Below, piece by piece: positions 31,830 to 41,743 of a stretch of 64,000 nt of DNA. Positions within the stretch are counted from its first letter, which is position 1. The number at the start of each line of letters is the position of its first letter. The DNA comes from a virus. The notes under the pieces are model-generated. The model did not search any database. It was not told the origin of the DNA and saw only the letters and a list, made by a program, of their open reading frames with translations. The position numbers and the translations under genes are program-made. The stretch covers positions 2,817 to 66,816 of IMG/VR virus record IMGVR_UViG_3300008108_000413, one strand, 5' to 3'.

Positions 31830-32504
31830 TTAAGATCTTAATATATTTTGACCATTCTCTGCACCTTCTTGAGGAAACTGAGCAAGCATCATGATATCAG
31901 AAAGTACTTGTTTTTCTATTTCTGCAAATAGGTATTCTGGTACATGGGTGTTATCATCTTGTCTAAGTGCACACTGAAGTTCAGGATCACATTTAAGATA
32001 GTTTACACTATCTGACCAAAGTCCTTCAATTCTTACAGCTTCCCACATAACATTAGGTAAATACATGTAACCATCTAAATACCAGTAATATGCATTTTTA
32101 TTATACTTAAATGTAGAGTTACCTGTCATAACAGTATAGACAATAGGAGTAGTCTCATAAGCAAGAGTAGACCCATCAATAGAGCTCACTGTTCTAAAGA
32201 GTGGTCCATAAGGACCCTGGAGTACAGTAGGTAGTTTTTCTTTAGTGCGCATAATAGTACACTTAGATTTAATACCTGCACAGCAAGCCTCAATCTTATC
32301 TACCTCAATTAATTCCATACAAGGAATAGTTTCAAATAAATTCTGAAACTTTAAAATTTTGTTTGCTGAATCTTGTCTCTGAATATAGAGTTTAGCATAC
32401 TTAAGAACAAGACTATAGATGTATCTATCTGTAATAAATGCATCTTCTCTAACACCCTTAATAGTGTTTCTAACTCTAGATATAGTTTCTCCTATTGTTG
32501 TCAT
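31830..32504 (-). CDS. Tail ring protein
   Basis: Size and position between the IHF-like gene and Ttub; YYWYLDGYMY, RTKEKLP motifs. Confidence 0.6.
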   Translation of the reverse strand: MTTIGETISRVRNTIKGVREDAFITDRYIYSLVLKYAKLYIQRQDSANKILKFQNLFETIPCMELIEVDKIEACCAGIKSKCTIMRTKEKLPTVLQGPYGPLFRTVSSIDGSTLAYETTPIVYTVMTGNSTFKYNKNAYYWYLDGYMYLPNVMWEAVRIEGLWSDSVNYLKCDPELQCALRQDDNTHVPEYLFAEIEKQVLSDIMMLAQFPQEGAENGQNILRS

Positions 32505-32505
32505 T

Positions 32506-33096
32506 TTAATCTAGATCAAATTCATTATAGTCATTAAGCCTATCTTTATTAAGCTTCTTCATGATATCTCTTCTTACACTTCTTTGATAAAGTTTTGATA
32601 TCATAGTTGTTTTATCTACCTGCACATACATCTTCCAATTATCTCTATATGCTTTAGATACTGTTCTGGTAAAGTTTCTACAACCTTTAAATTTCCAGAG
32701 TTTTCTAAACTCATATTTATATTTAGAGGCAAAGCTACTATAGAATATCTTAGCTAAGAGACTATCAGAGTTAAGATTAGTATTCTTAAGCTGTTTGCCA
32801 TACTTCAAAGAATTTGGTGTATCTATATTTCTACCACTTGGAGGTTGACATGATCCTATAAATAGATATCCCAAACCTTCAGGTAACTCTACACCATCTC
32901 TATTACTAATAACTTCTTTCCATGTATTCTCATTAAAAGTCTTAATAATAGTATTCAATTCAGTACTAGAGACTTGTTTATATTCAGGAAACTTTTCTTT
33001 AAACTCTTTAAAAAACTCAGGCTCAAGAATACTAAGCCTTTCTTTTCTAAATCTAGGAGCTTTTACATCAGGTTTCTTGTATTCTTTAAAGTCCAT
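32506..33096 (-). CDS. IHF/HU-like DNA-binding protein
   Basis: Basic; IIKTFNE..VIS..GVELPEGLGYLFI resembles the HU/IHF core; position conserved in crAss-like tail modules. Confidence 0.55.
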   Translation of the reverse strand: MDFKEYKKPDVKAPRFRKERLSILEPEFFKEFKEKFPEYKQVSSTELNTIIKTFNENTWKEVISNRDGVELPEGLGYLFIGSCQPPSGRNIDTPNSLKYGKQLKNTNLNSDSLLAKIFYSSFASKYKYEFRKLWKFKGCRNFTRTVSKAYRDNWKMYVQVDKTTMISKLYQRSVRRDIMKKLNKDRLNDYNEFDLD

Positions 33097-33155
33097 AATA
33101 CATATTAATATAATGAAAAATTTGGAGAGTTAAAAATAATCATTATATACTAGAT

Positions 33156-33190
33156 AAGCAAAAACCCTGAGTTTCCCCAGGGTTTTGCTT
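33156..33190 (-). terminator. Intrinsic terminator hairpin (potentially bidirectional)
   Basis: AAGCAAAAACCCTG-AGTTTCCC-CAGGGTTTTGCTT inverted repeat downstream of the 33227-33910 gene. Confidence 0.7.
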
Positions 33191-33226
33191 TTTGCTGCGA
33201 AAAAACCAACAAAATCACAGCTTATA

Positions 33227-33910
33227 TTATGGAGGACATACACCAATTGCAGTAGTAATACCTGATGCTCTTTGCACACCTGCTGAACCTAAAAGAACAC
33301 ATACAACTACATCTGGATCTCCTCCGCTCATTGTACCTGACATAAATTCTTTAGTTGTACAATCTTGGTAGAAGTAAGTTCCTCCTAAAGCTCCAAATCC
33401 ACAAGAGAAAGTTACTTGTTCACAAGTACAGCAGTCTGTTGCTCCATCTACTCTTGTATATTCAGGAGGTGCTGGGAAAGTTGTACCTGCAGGGAAGCAA
33501 AGTGTAAATTCTGTACCTGTAGTTACATTAGGTACTACAACCCCTGTACCACCGCAACTAACATCTGCTCCTAAATCAAATCCAGGTGCAAATCCACCTC
33601 CTCCTGCTGTAAATAAGATTGATATACAAGCATTTGTAGGAGTATAGGTAGCTGTCCAAGCTACTCTACCTGTAAGAGATGACTCATCTTCACAAACAGC
33701 TTGTACATATCCATCATATACATAATCATCACATCCTTCATCATCAACTATAACATTAATAGTTGTTGAGCAAGGTGATCCACCACCAAGACATGCTACA
33801 ATAGTAGTACAATCATATGGTCCTACACCACCAAGTCTATAACAAACTCGGTGATTTCCAGTATAGTTACTGGTAAAGTTTACGGTAATTGTTGCTGGTA
33901 CTAGTGCCAT
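33227..33910 (-). CDS. Cys/Gly/Thr-rich putative tail or fibre protein
   Basis: 227-aa ORF, beta-rich composition, many Cys. Confidence 0.55.
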   Translation of the reverse strand: MALVPATITVNFTSNYTGNHRVCYRLGGVGPYDCTTIVACLGGGSPCSTTINVIVDDEGCDDYVYDGYVQAVCEDESSLTGRVAWTATYTPTNACISILFTAGGGGFAPGFDLGADVSCGGTGVVVPNVTTGTEFTLCFPAGTTFPAPPEYTRVDGATDCCTCEQVTFSCGFGALGGTYFYQDCTTKEFMSGTMSGGDPDVVVCVLLGSAGVQRASGITTAIGVCPP

Positions 33911-33921
33911 TTTATTTGGTT

Positions 33922-34461
33922 TTAAGCAAGGGTTGTTATTCTAATGTACATTGATTTCTGATTAGTAGTAGCGCCTTCAATATAGAAGTCATAACTAGTA
34001 TTAGGCAACAATCCTGTAATTGTAGCATAGGTAGTTAAAACTGTAGATACCAATGCAAAACTTCCTACAGGTGCTGAAGACAACTTCATGTAGATCTCAT
34101 AGCTGGTATTACCAGTAATGCTATCCCAGGTAAGAGGAATAGAACTAGAAGTTACAGTGCCATTAAGTCTTAGGTATACATTACCTTGATCTGTTGCACC
34201 ATTACATACATAGTTTACCAAAATCTGAAGAGCTTCTGATACACTTATACCAGTTGGTATAATACTAGTTAGTACAGTAAGAGGATTATCTCCACATAAT
34301 AATTCAGGTCCAGTATATACAATGCAATCAGAGCTAAACTCTTCTGCACAAGGATTAGGTACTGGACAAAATGCTGTATTAACTGAGCATGGAGGAGGGG
34401 TAGTTAACCCCTTCTCACATCCACATGGTGTTGTTTGACAATTACAAGTATTGCAAGCCAT
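33922..34461 (-). CDS. Cys-rich structural protein with C-terminal fibronectin type III domain
   Basis: TSSSIPLTWD..SYEIY..ATITGLLPNTSYDFYI is an FN3 signature; N-terminal CNTCNCQTTPCGC. Confidence 0.65.
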   Translation of the reverse strand: MACNTCNCQTTPCGCEKGLTTPPPCSVNTAFCPVPNPCAEEFSSDCIVYTGPELLCGDNPLTVLTSIIPTGISVSEALQILVNYVCNGATDQGNVYLRLNGTVTSSSIPLTWDSITGNTSYEIYMKLSSAPVGSFALVSTVLTTYATITGLLPNTSYDFYIEGATTNQKSMYIRITTLA

Positions 34462-34474
34462 TGTATTTTAAGTT

Positions 34475-35965
34475 TTAGATAGTTGCTATTACTGCTGTTA
34501 CACTAGTTGGTGGAGGACATGGTCCAGGAAGTGTATTTGTTGCTTCAAATGGACATGTAGTAGTTGATGCACCTACTGTTACAAGCACTCTTACTTTATA
34601 AGGTGTAGATGCTGTTAATCCAGTAAATGATCCACTAAATGGTGTAAGAGCTATACCTGCTGTAATGTTCTGAGCAATTAATACAGTACCAGCATTATTA
34701 TATAACTGGATTGTATAAGTACCTGATACTACAGGTGTTACAGTATAAGCTATGCTTGTGATATCAGGTGTTAATACAACTGTAGGACACGCAGCTTCAT
34801 TATTAAGATCATAGCAAATATAAGTGCAACATTCTGCATTTGTTGTAGCATTACATAAACAGATATTTGCTTCAATTTCAAGATTAGATGCAGGATTTAC
34901 AGGTGTAGCTGATAAATCAATTAACACACCTGCAGCATTATTAAGATTAGTTACTACATCTATGTATTGAGTAAACGAGTTACCAAGTGTATCAGAAATA
35001 GTAAACAAAGTACCTAAAGGATTGCACTGAACAAATCCTGCAGGTATTGTACCATTTATATAAATTCTTAATCCTGTACCTCCTGTTATTACAGCACTTA
35101 CACTAAGTGTAATACCATCACAACCTGAAGGACAGCAATTTTCTTGAATATTTCTTACAGCAGCTCTAAGATCACAAATCACAAGCCACATGTTATTAAT
35201 ACTATCTGCAAGATTAGTTACAGGATTTACCCATCCTGGTAAAGATCCTAAGTTTCCACCACCTGGTCCAAGGATTGGTGAAGTAGAAAGATTAGGACAC
35301 TCTTGTGCAATAGCTGTATAAATATCTGTAGGAGTTCCTGTAGCTCCCTGAAGCAAACAAAATTCTGCTTCTAAAGCATCTACTACTATCTGAACTTCAG
35401 TAGGTACAGAAGGTAATACACAATTAGGAGTTACTGTAGGAATTACAAATACTGGAGGAGGTGCATTCTCAAGAGTTGTAATTCTGATATTATACTGAAC
35501 CAAAGTCTGGTTGATAATATCAATCTGATTAAGAATATCACATACCTTATTACCAATAGCAGTTACATAGTCTGTAAGCTGCATAGTAGTAATCTGGTTA
35601 CCAAAAGGATCTAAGTAATAGAAGCAAGGTGCAATATTTACTACACAATCAGGACAACCCTCTCTAGCAGGATTTGCATTTTGATTACAACATTCTTCAA
35701 GAGCACAGATCTTATCTATTAAAAACTGCAAGAAAGCCTGAAGATCTTTAGGCTCACAACCAGCTAAATTAAAACATGAAAGATCTAATGTAGTAACATC
35801 AATTTGTTCAAGAACTCCGCAGAGCTCTGTTGCCAATTTGAATACTACATCACTTACTGTATCCCCTTTACATAGATTAATGCAGGGAATATCAGGTCCT
35901 TGCCAGATCACACAATTAGAGGAGATCGGGTTGCAAGAAGCATTGTCATAGTTGATAGGTTTCAT
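34475..35965 (-). CDS. Cys-rich tail/fibre protein with coiled coil and C-terminal FN3-like domain
   Basis: CNPISSNCVIWQGPDIPC N-terminus; FTGLTASTPYKVRV FN3 motif. Confidence 0.6.
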   Translation of the reverse strand: MKPINYDNASCNPISSNCVIWQGPDIPCINLCKGDTVSDVVFKLATELCGVLEQIDVTTLDLSCFNLAGCEPKDLQAFLQFLIDKICALEECCNQNANPAREGCPDCVVNIAPCFYYLDPFGNQITTMQLTDYVTAIGNKVCDILNQIDIINQTLVQYNIRITTLENAPPPVFVIPTVTPNCVLPSVPTEVQIVVDALEAEFCLLQGATGTPTDIYTAIAQECPNLSTSPILGPGGGNLGSLPGWVNPVTNLADSINNMWLVICDLRAAVRNIQENCCPSGCDGITLSVSAVITGGTGLRIYINGTIPAGFVQCNPLGTLFTISDTLGNSFTQYIDVVTNLNNAAGVLIDLSATPVNPASNLEIEANICLCNATTNAECCTYICYDLNNEAACPTVVLTPDITSIAYTVTPVVSGTYTIQLYNNAGTVLIAQNITAGIALTPFSGSFTGLTASTPYKVRVLVTVGASTTTCPFEATNTLPGPCPPPTSVTAVIATI

Positions 35966-36014
35966 GTGATCTTCAGAATATATTAATATACAGTTTTTTA
36001 AGAATTTTTACAAA

Positions 36015-38147
36015 TTAAATAGGTTGACAGTCATTCCCTGTACTACATTGTACAGTACCTCCACCTACAGTACCACCTACAACACTACCTTCTTGTGCAC
36101 ATAAGAATACAGCAGCATCTGGATCTAATTGATATTGAGCAGGTAATCCTGTTTCACAGTTTATATAATCTATAGTTATAGGTACTCTATTAGTATTAAA
36201 TACTTCATAGCAATAACAAGGTGAAGGTATACAGCTTTGATTATTAGTACATTGTGTACCTAGTCCTGCTACACTATAAGTTGCTCCTTGAGTTGATGTA
36301 GATAAGCAAGGTATATACTTAGAGCATACTGTTGTTGATTGACCCTGTAATAGAGTTACAACAGACCCTTCCCCTACACAAGACAAGTAAGTATATGTAC
36401 CAGAACCCAGAGTTTGAGTAATTGTCCAGCAAGTACAAGGAATATCCACAAGCACAGGATCAGGATCCAGAATAGCTTGGAGGTCCAAAAGTTCTTTTTT
36501 AACATCCCAATAGTTTATATCTCTATCACAGCAAATAGTAACTCCATATCTTGCTTTTACCATTTCATCATATACTGCAGTAGCATAACCACAAGTTACT
36601 CTATAGTAGTATTCAGGTGAACAAGCTGGGGTATCATACCCTGGTTTTACAGATCTTTTCTTAAGTTCTCTTGGTATTGGAGGCACATAAGAACATGCTT
36701 CACATGTAGCAAATGCTTTAGTTACAGTATTATCTGTAGGAAAATATAAAGTACAGCTTGTATCAGAAGTAACTTGATAGCAAGCTTTTCCACAATTACT
36801 AAGGTTTACTACTTGTCCTACATACTGACTGAAATCAGTAGAAGTGTTAATGATATCCGTATTATCAGCACAATTAGTAAGTGTATAATATGTCGGTAAG
36901 CATTCATCGCAATCTTGAAAAGAGGTAAGACCAGTTGTATCAATCTGAATTACTTGAGTACAATCTTGAGAAAGCTCTACAGTAAAACAGTTTTTATAAC
37001 CAGTAAGTTGACTAGTATCGCAGCAACTAGGACAATCACCACTTGGAAGAATAGGTAGATTAATTGTCTGACCTACATAAGCAGCTAAGTCATTACTTAC
37101 TACAAATGTACATTCTATATCACAACAGTTTGTTAATAAATAACAAGGAGGTGCTTCATAGTAAGTCCATACTGCCTCAAGAGTTTTAGCTCCAGGTATA
37201 ACTTCACTAGTAGCTACAGTATTACCTGAGTTACTAGTTACTTGTTCTGTAGTATTTATTCCTAGATAACCATCATTAATATTGTAGAAATGACCTGCTA
37301 GTCTATTATCTCCAGAAGCTGTAGTAGCTTGAATTTGAGTCCAAGAAGCACCTGCATCTGTAGATTGAATAACTACATTTCTTGCACCTGTAGCCCATAA
37401 GTTGTTATCATCAATCCAAGTAAGATGTTTACCTGCAAATTCAGTAATAGAAACCCATGCATAAACAATGCTCCACGTAGTACCACCATTAGTAGATCTT
37501 ACAATATACTGAGTACCACAAGCTACAATTGTTTGCTCATCTGCAGATATGTGAATACCTACAATATTTTGTGGTAGCTGTTGTGTAGCACCTGGACTAA
37601 ATATACTAGTCCAAGTTGTACCGCTATCTGTAGTTTTAAAGATATTGTTTCTACAACCTACAACTCCTGTAGTAGCATTAATAAAATGTAATGAGTAAGC
37701 TGCTAGAGTAATAGAATCTGCACCAAGTACTGGAGATGCTGGAGGAAGTTGAGTACAAGTATTATAAGTAACACCTCCATCAGTGCTCTTAATTACTGTA
37801 CCATATTCACCACAAGCATAAGAATTTAAGCTATCTACAACCCAAACTTCATATAATCTAAAGTTAAATTGATTCGCAGTAGCTTGATAAGTACCTGTAG
37901 GTATACTCCAGTTTGTACCACCATTAGATGATACTAATACTCCATAGAAGCTGGGAGAATTACCTAAAAGGGCTTGACCTACAACAAATACCTTATCCCC
38001 ATCAGTGGGGTCTGTCATCACATCATGATAAACAGGAGGAGTAGAACCTGATAAAAAAGAAAAACTCACATTACTCCAAGGAGTAGTGTTATTAATAAGT
38101 TTCCTTATGTATCCTGCATTACCTACATGGTATGTTATTGTAGACAT
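36015..38147 (-). CDS. Structural protein with BNR/Asp-box (Ycf48-like) beta-propeller and Cys-rich repeats
   Basis: Repeated SxDGGxTW-type boxes (SSNGGTNW, STDGGVTY, TTDSGTTW, STNGGTTW, STDAGASW); CYLLTNC/YYTLTNC repeats. Confidence 0.65.
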   Translation of the reverse strand: MSTITYHVGNAGYIRKLINNTTPWSNVSFSFLSGSTPPVYHDVMTDPTDGDKVFVVGQALLGNSPSFYGVLVSSNGGTNWSIPTGTYQATANQFNFRLYEVWVVDSLNSYACGEYGTVIKSTDGGVTYNTCTQLPPASPVLGADSITLAAYSLHFINATTGVVGCRNNIFKTTDSGTTWTSIFSPGATQQLPQNIVGIHISADEQTIVACGTQYIVRSTNGGTTWSIVYAWVSITEFAGKHLTWIDDNNLWATGARNVVIQSTDAGASWTQIQATTASGDNRLAGHFYNINDGYLGINTTEQVTSNSGNTVATSEVIPGAKTLEAVWTYYEAPPCYLLTNCCDIECTFVVSNDLAAYVGQTINLPILPSGDCPSCCDTSQLTGYKNCFTVELSQDCTQVIQIDTTGLTSFQDCDECLPTYYTLTNCADNTDIINTSTDFSQYVGQVVNLSNCGKACYQVTSDTSCTLYFPTDNTVTKAFATCEACSYVPPIPRELKKRSVKPGYDTPACSPEYYYRVTCGYATAVYDEMVKARYGVTICCDRDINYWDVKKELLDLQAILDPDPVLVDIPCTCWTITQTLGSGTYTYLSCVGEGSVVTLLQGQSTTVCSKYIPCLSTSTQGATYSVAGLGTQCTNNQSCIPSPCYCYEVFNTNRVPITIDYINCETGLPAQYQLDPDAAVFLCAQEGSVVGGTVGGGTVQCSTGNDCQPI

Positions 38148-38150
38148 TTT

Positions 38151-38330
38151 TTATTTATTAAGCTGTGCATTTACAGCAGTTATGTTTATTTGCTGTGGAC
38201 TTGTGCTTGCCTGGTTTTTTAAAGAAGCTTCATACTGGTGTACACAATTAGTGCATACATGTGTTCCATTAGATGCTACTCTCTTTTGGCACCCACAACT
38301 CATTTTAGTTCCGCAATTTTTGCAAGTCAT
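38151..38330 (-). CDS. Small Cys-rich protein, 59 aa (not in ORF track)
   Basis: Hand translation MTCKNCGTKMSCGCQKRVASNGTHVCTNCVHQYEASLKNQ...LNK*; fills the gap, with an A-rich leader. Confidence 0.7.
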   Translation of the reverse strand: MTCKNCGTKMSCGCQKRVASNGTHVCTNCVHQYEASLKNQASTSPQQINITAVNAQLNK

Positions 38331-38350
38331 ATTTATTGGTTTTATTGGTT

Positions 38351-38905
38351 TTACTTACAAGTTCTGCACTCCATTTTATTAAGGAGTTTTAACGCATAAT
38401 TATAAAGTTGCATGCCTTCTTGAGGTTCATGACAAACTTCAACTTTAGCTTTAGCTGCCTCAAGATACATCCTGATCATCCTAAGCTTATTAAGTTTTTC
38501 TTTAATCATAACTGGAGGATCACAAGTACCAAGATCTAATTCACAAAGAATCTTCTGGTATTGTGTCATAGCATAAGTAATACGCAGGTGATTATATTCT
38601 ACATATACTTGATCATTAGGTGACACACTATACTTAATAATGTATACACCATCAGGTAGATTGTTTAATACTGTGCCACACTGAGCAGTCTGTACTTGTA
38701 GATCACAAGCTGTAAGATTTACTATAAATCCTGCAGAAATAGCAGGCTCTGTAAATTCTACACTATAATTAAACCCTGGAAGAGTTACTGCTAACTTAGG
38801 ACAAGTTACAGGAATAAGTGGAGAATATACGCTTGTATCAACAATGCGTAAGATACCAAGGTTCATGGTATCTGGTGCTTCAAGACTTAAAATGTGTTGC
38901 GCCAT
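38351..38905 (-). CDS. Conserved virion protein (tail-hub-like)
   Basis: LRIVDTSVY..NLPDGVYIIKYSVSP; position after the auxiliary capsid gene. Confidence 0.5.
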   Translation of the reverse strand: MAQHILSLEAPDTMNLGILRIVDTSVYSPLIPVTCPKLAVTLPGFNYSVEFTEPAISAGFIVNLTACDLQVQTAQCGTVLNNLPDGVYIIKYSVSPNDQVYVEYNHLRITYAMTQYQKILCELDLGTCDPPVMIKEKLNKLRMIRMYLEAAKAKVEVCHEPQEGMQLYNYALKLLNKMECRTCK

Positions 38906-38935
38906 GGTATATAAACAAACAAATATAAAATTAAT

Positions 38936-38977
38936 AAAAAAAAGGAGGGAGTTTTTATTACTCTCCTCCCTTTTTTT
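38936..38977 (-). terminator. Intrinsic terminator (bidirectional)
   Basis: A8-GGAGGGAG...CTCTCCTCC-C-T7 hairpin right after the 38995 stop. Confidence 0.75.
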
Positions 38978-38994
38978 GAATCGCAGCCTAGATA

Positions 38995-40344
38995 TTAGGT
39001 CAAAGGCTCATTAGGTACTACTTCACAAGGCTCGCAAGTTTTAACCTCAAGAGCTGTGCAGCCATTACCACAAGAAGTCAACCATGTAGTCATGTTTGCT
39101 TCAAATGGAGCAATTTGACCATTTACAATAATTTCAAGCATGTACTGATCATTATCAAAAGTACCTGTTGGGTTATTGTAACGTGGCACACTGTGCAAGA
39201 TGAAGTATCTTCCATATAATGCATTGCGGTTAACATTTGCAATGATATCAGATCCCTGAGTGATTTCACGGATACGGATATCAGTATGGAAGTAGTTCTG
39301 CAAGTAAGACTCAGACAAGATCAAGTCACGAAGAACTTGCTCACCAAAGCCCATACCCTGAAGACCATAGCACTCAGTGTATACACAGATGCTTTCAAAT
39401 ACACATGGATCACCATTGTAATCAACAAGAGAAGCATAGATGCGTACTAATTCTTTCTCAAAGAAATCAGTGATCTGGAAAGAACAGTTACCAAACTTAG
39501 TTTCTACATAAGCACCAAATAAGCGCAGACCAGCGCACTCACCTACTACGTGTCCTGGAGACACATATGCAGACCACCACTGAGCTGGAGTTACAGGAAG
39601 ACCAGAGATAGGATCTACTGTAGTTCCTGGAGCATACCAAGCAACACCTGCTTCATCAAATACAACTGGAAGAACAAAGCTCTTAGTGTATTCAGAAGTG
39701 ATGATCTCATTTGCCCAAGAAATCATTACCAATGTAGAATCTACTGGAGTAGGAGTAGGACCAGGGCAGCATCCTGTGTAAGCAGAAAGTGTGTGGTAAG
39801 AGTTGTGGTTCAAGAAACGCAACAAAGGAGATCCTTTAAGATCTAAGCGCAAGTAGTAAGTTTCTCCACACAAGAACTCAAAGCAGCAAGTAGCAGCAGT
39901 AGTTCCACCCTGATATTGATCAGGATTTGTAGGACCTGAAGTACCAGGAGTATTACCTACAGATACAACAGCCTGTTGAGGAGTACAAGTATCTACATAG
40001 TAGAACTGGTGGATGTACTTAGGGTTAATGTACTTAGACTTGTTAGTCTCTTGGTAACCACCAATGTAAGGGCTGATCTTATCTTTCTGATAAAGAGAAG
40101 ATGAAGCCAAAACAAGTGGACAACAAGGTCCTGGAAGAGAAGAGAAGTTTACTTTCTCATAAGTGTCTTTGTTAAAAAGACTGAAATACCCTGGTCCAAG
40201 AGTAGACAGAGTAGCTGTAGTTGTGCCATTAGTTGTAATATAACCAGCAGTTGAAGCAGGGTTAGTTACACTAGGTACTTGTGGGTTCAAGGTAGTACCT
40301 GTTCCCAAAAACACCTTTGTAAAGGCATGATTAAAATAAGCCAT
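38995..40344 (-). CDS. Abundant structural protein, probable auxiliary capsid protein
   Basis: 449 aa; CGETYYLRLDLKGSP; codon bias like the MCP (TTC/AAC/CGT/TTG); followed by a terminator. Confidence 0.55.
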   Translation of the reverse strand: MAYFNHAFTKVFLGTGTTLNPQVPSVTNPASTAGYITTNGTTTATLSTLGPGYFSLFNKDTYEKVNFSSLPGPCCPLVLASSSLYQKDKISPYIGGYQETNKSKYINPKYIHQFYYVDTCTPQQAVVSVGNTPGTSGPTNPDQYQGGTTAATCCFEFLCGETYYLRLDLKGSPLLRFLNHNSYHTLSAYTGCCPGPTPTPVDSTLVMISWANEIITSEYTKSFVLPVVFDEAGVAWYAPGTTVDPISGLPVTPAQWWSAYVSPGHVVGECAGLRLFGAYVETKFGNCSFQITDFFEKELVRIYASLVDYNGDPCVFESICVYTECYGLQGMGFGEQVLRDLILSESYLQNYFHTDIRIREITQGSDIIANVNRNALYGRYFILHSVPRYNNPTGTFDNDQYMLEIIVNGQIAPFEANMTTWLTSCGNGCTALEVKTCEPCEVVPNEPLT

Positions 40345-40430
40345 TGTGTTTAAGATTTAAGTTAGACAAACATTTATTTATTAATATAGATAATCTTTTT
40401 AGGATTACCAAATTATTTTAAGAAATTAAT

Positions 40431-41027
40431 TTATAGATAGTCTTTTAACTCATGGTCAAACAAACGCATAGCAATCTTGTCTGTACCAAAAGCTTCTAAC
40501 TGATCCATAAGATCCTGCATTTTACCATGCTCTTCTAACTGTTCTTTCAGATAAGCAAGACCAAGCTGATATAACATATGATCTCCTATCTTAATAGCAT
40601 GGGTAGAAAGGTCTTTAATTTGTGTAGTTACCTCAATTTCATGTTCATAAGACTTTTCAATAATTTGAGGTAACCCTGTAAAAGTCTGTTCAGGAGATTC
40701 TAAGCTTGGAGTTAAAGGTTGCACACCCATAGCCAAAAGATAAGTTCTAGCATCATTAGCGTGTAACATCTCTTCATCAGAGTATTTTCTCCAAAGTTTT
40801 CCAGCATTTAAGTAGCCATTATCTTCTAACCACATAGACATAGCAAGATATACTCTAGCTGAGTATTCTTCCTGCTCTATTCTATAGTTTAAGTACTTAA
40901 TACATTCTTCAGTAATTAAAGGATTATGCTTTTTACTAGAAGGCTTTTTCTGTATAGTTGGTGTAGAAACAGCTTTAAATTCTGTTTTGAGAGTTCTTTT
41001 TAACATGTTAGGTGAAGGATTTTCCAT
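40431..41027 (-). CDS. ftnA: Non-heme ferritin (FtnA-like)
   Basis: EQEEYSARVYLAMSMW, DEEMLHA, SYEHEIEVT and LKEQLEEH give the complete ferroxidase-centre pattern. Confidence 0.85.
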   Translation of the reverse strand: MENPSPNMLKRTLKTEFKAVSTPTIQKKPSSKKHNPLITEECIKYLNYRIEQEEYSARVYLAMSMWLEDNGYLNAGKLWRKYSDEEMLHANDARTYLLAMGVQPLTPSLESPEQTFTGLPQIIEKSYEHEIEVTTQIKDLSTHAIKIGDHMLYQLGLAYLKEQLEEHGKMQDLMDQLEAFGTDKIAMRLFDHELKDYL

Positions 41028-41033
41028 GATTTA

Positions 41034-41741
41034 TTAGTTGTTTTGTTCTACTGAATTACTTGCTCTTTCCATCTGGATTGTAGATTCTATATCTCCAGCA
41101 ATAATCTTAACAGCTTCATCTATTAAAAGCTCTACAAGATCATCTTTAAATTCACATTCTACATCTACTGTAGAAGCTACTTGGGTATATGGATCTACAC
41201 ATCCAGCTATTTGAATTTTTCTAGGTTGTCTATAATAAGTAAAGTTTACAGATTCAATTGTAAACTCTCCATTAGTATAGATCTGCATCTTGTTGTCCAT
41301 AAATGTAGCAAAGGTCTCAGCCCAATCAAAACTAGGCTTCTTATTAACATCTCTTAACAAGAGATCTACATTTCCTTGTTCTGCAAGATAAACTACCATA
41401 GGTCTAGAGTCTTTACAGCAATCATTTTTAGCTTTTGCTGAAATTCTCTTATATCTAAGATACTCTACTGGGATAGCAGTAGCAGTTTCATAATAGGTAT
41501 CAGTACTAACAAGATTTGGAGTATACTCAGTAATTAACACTTGTAAATCATCAATCCTACTAGTAGATGCTTCATCACCCTCTTTAGGTAAGTTAATACC
41601 ATGAAGATTTCTGCGGCACCAATCAGCTTGACCCTTATTAAATGCTTCAACCATTTGCCAGCATTCTATGTTGTCATAGTCATTACTAGCAAGTTTGTTG
41701 AGTCTTTGCTTAATCTTAAGCTGTATGGTTGCGTTATTCAT
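41034..41741 (-). CDS. Head-tail ring/adaptor protein
   Basis: LNKLASND..AFNKGQ..RIDDLQVLI..TYYRQP..CEF..LLIDEAV pattern recalled from crAss-like ring proteins. Confidence 0.65.
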   Translation of the reverse strand: MNNATIQLKIKQRLNKLASNDYDNIECWQMVEAFNKGQADWCRRNLHGINLPKEGDEASTSRIDDLQVLITEYTPNLVSTDTYYETATAIPVEYLRYKRISAKAKNDCCKDSRPMVVYLAEQGNVDLLLRDVNKKPSFDWAETFATFMDNKMQIYTNGEFTIESVNFTYYRQPRKIQIAGCVDPYTQVASTVDVECEFKDDLVELLIDEAVKIIAGDIESTIQMERASNSVEQNN

Positions 41742-41743
41742 GG

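Noticed and set aside
33227-38147. Eukaryotic or giant-virus origin suggested by the Cys-rich proteins
   Set aside because: The genes are collinear and tightly packed with crAss-like head and tail genes, with similar base composition and bacterial terminators.
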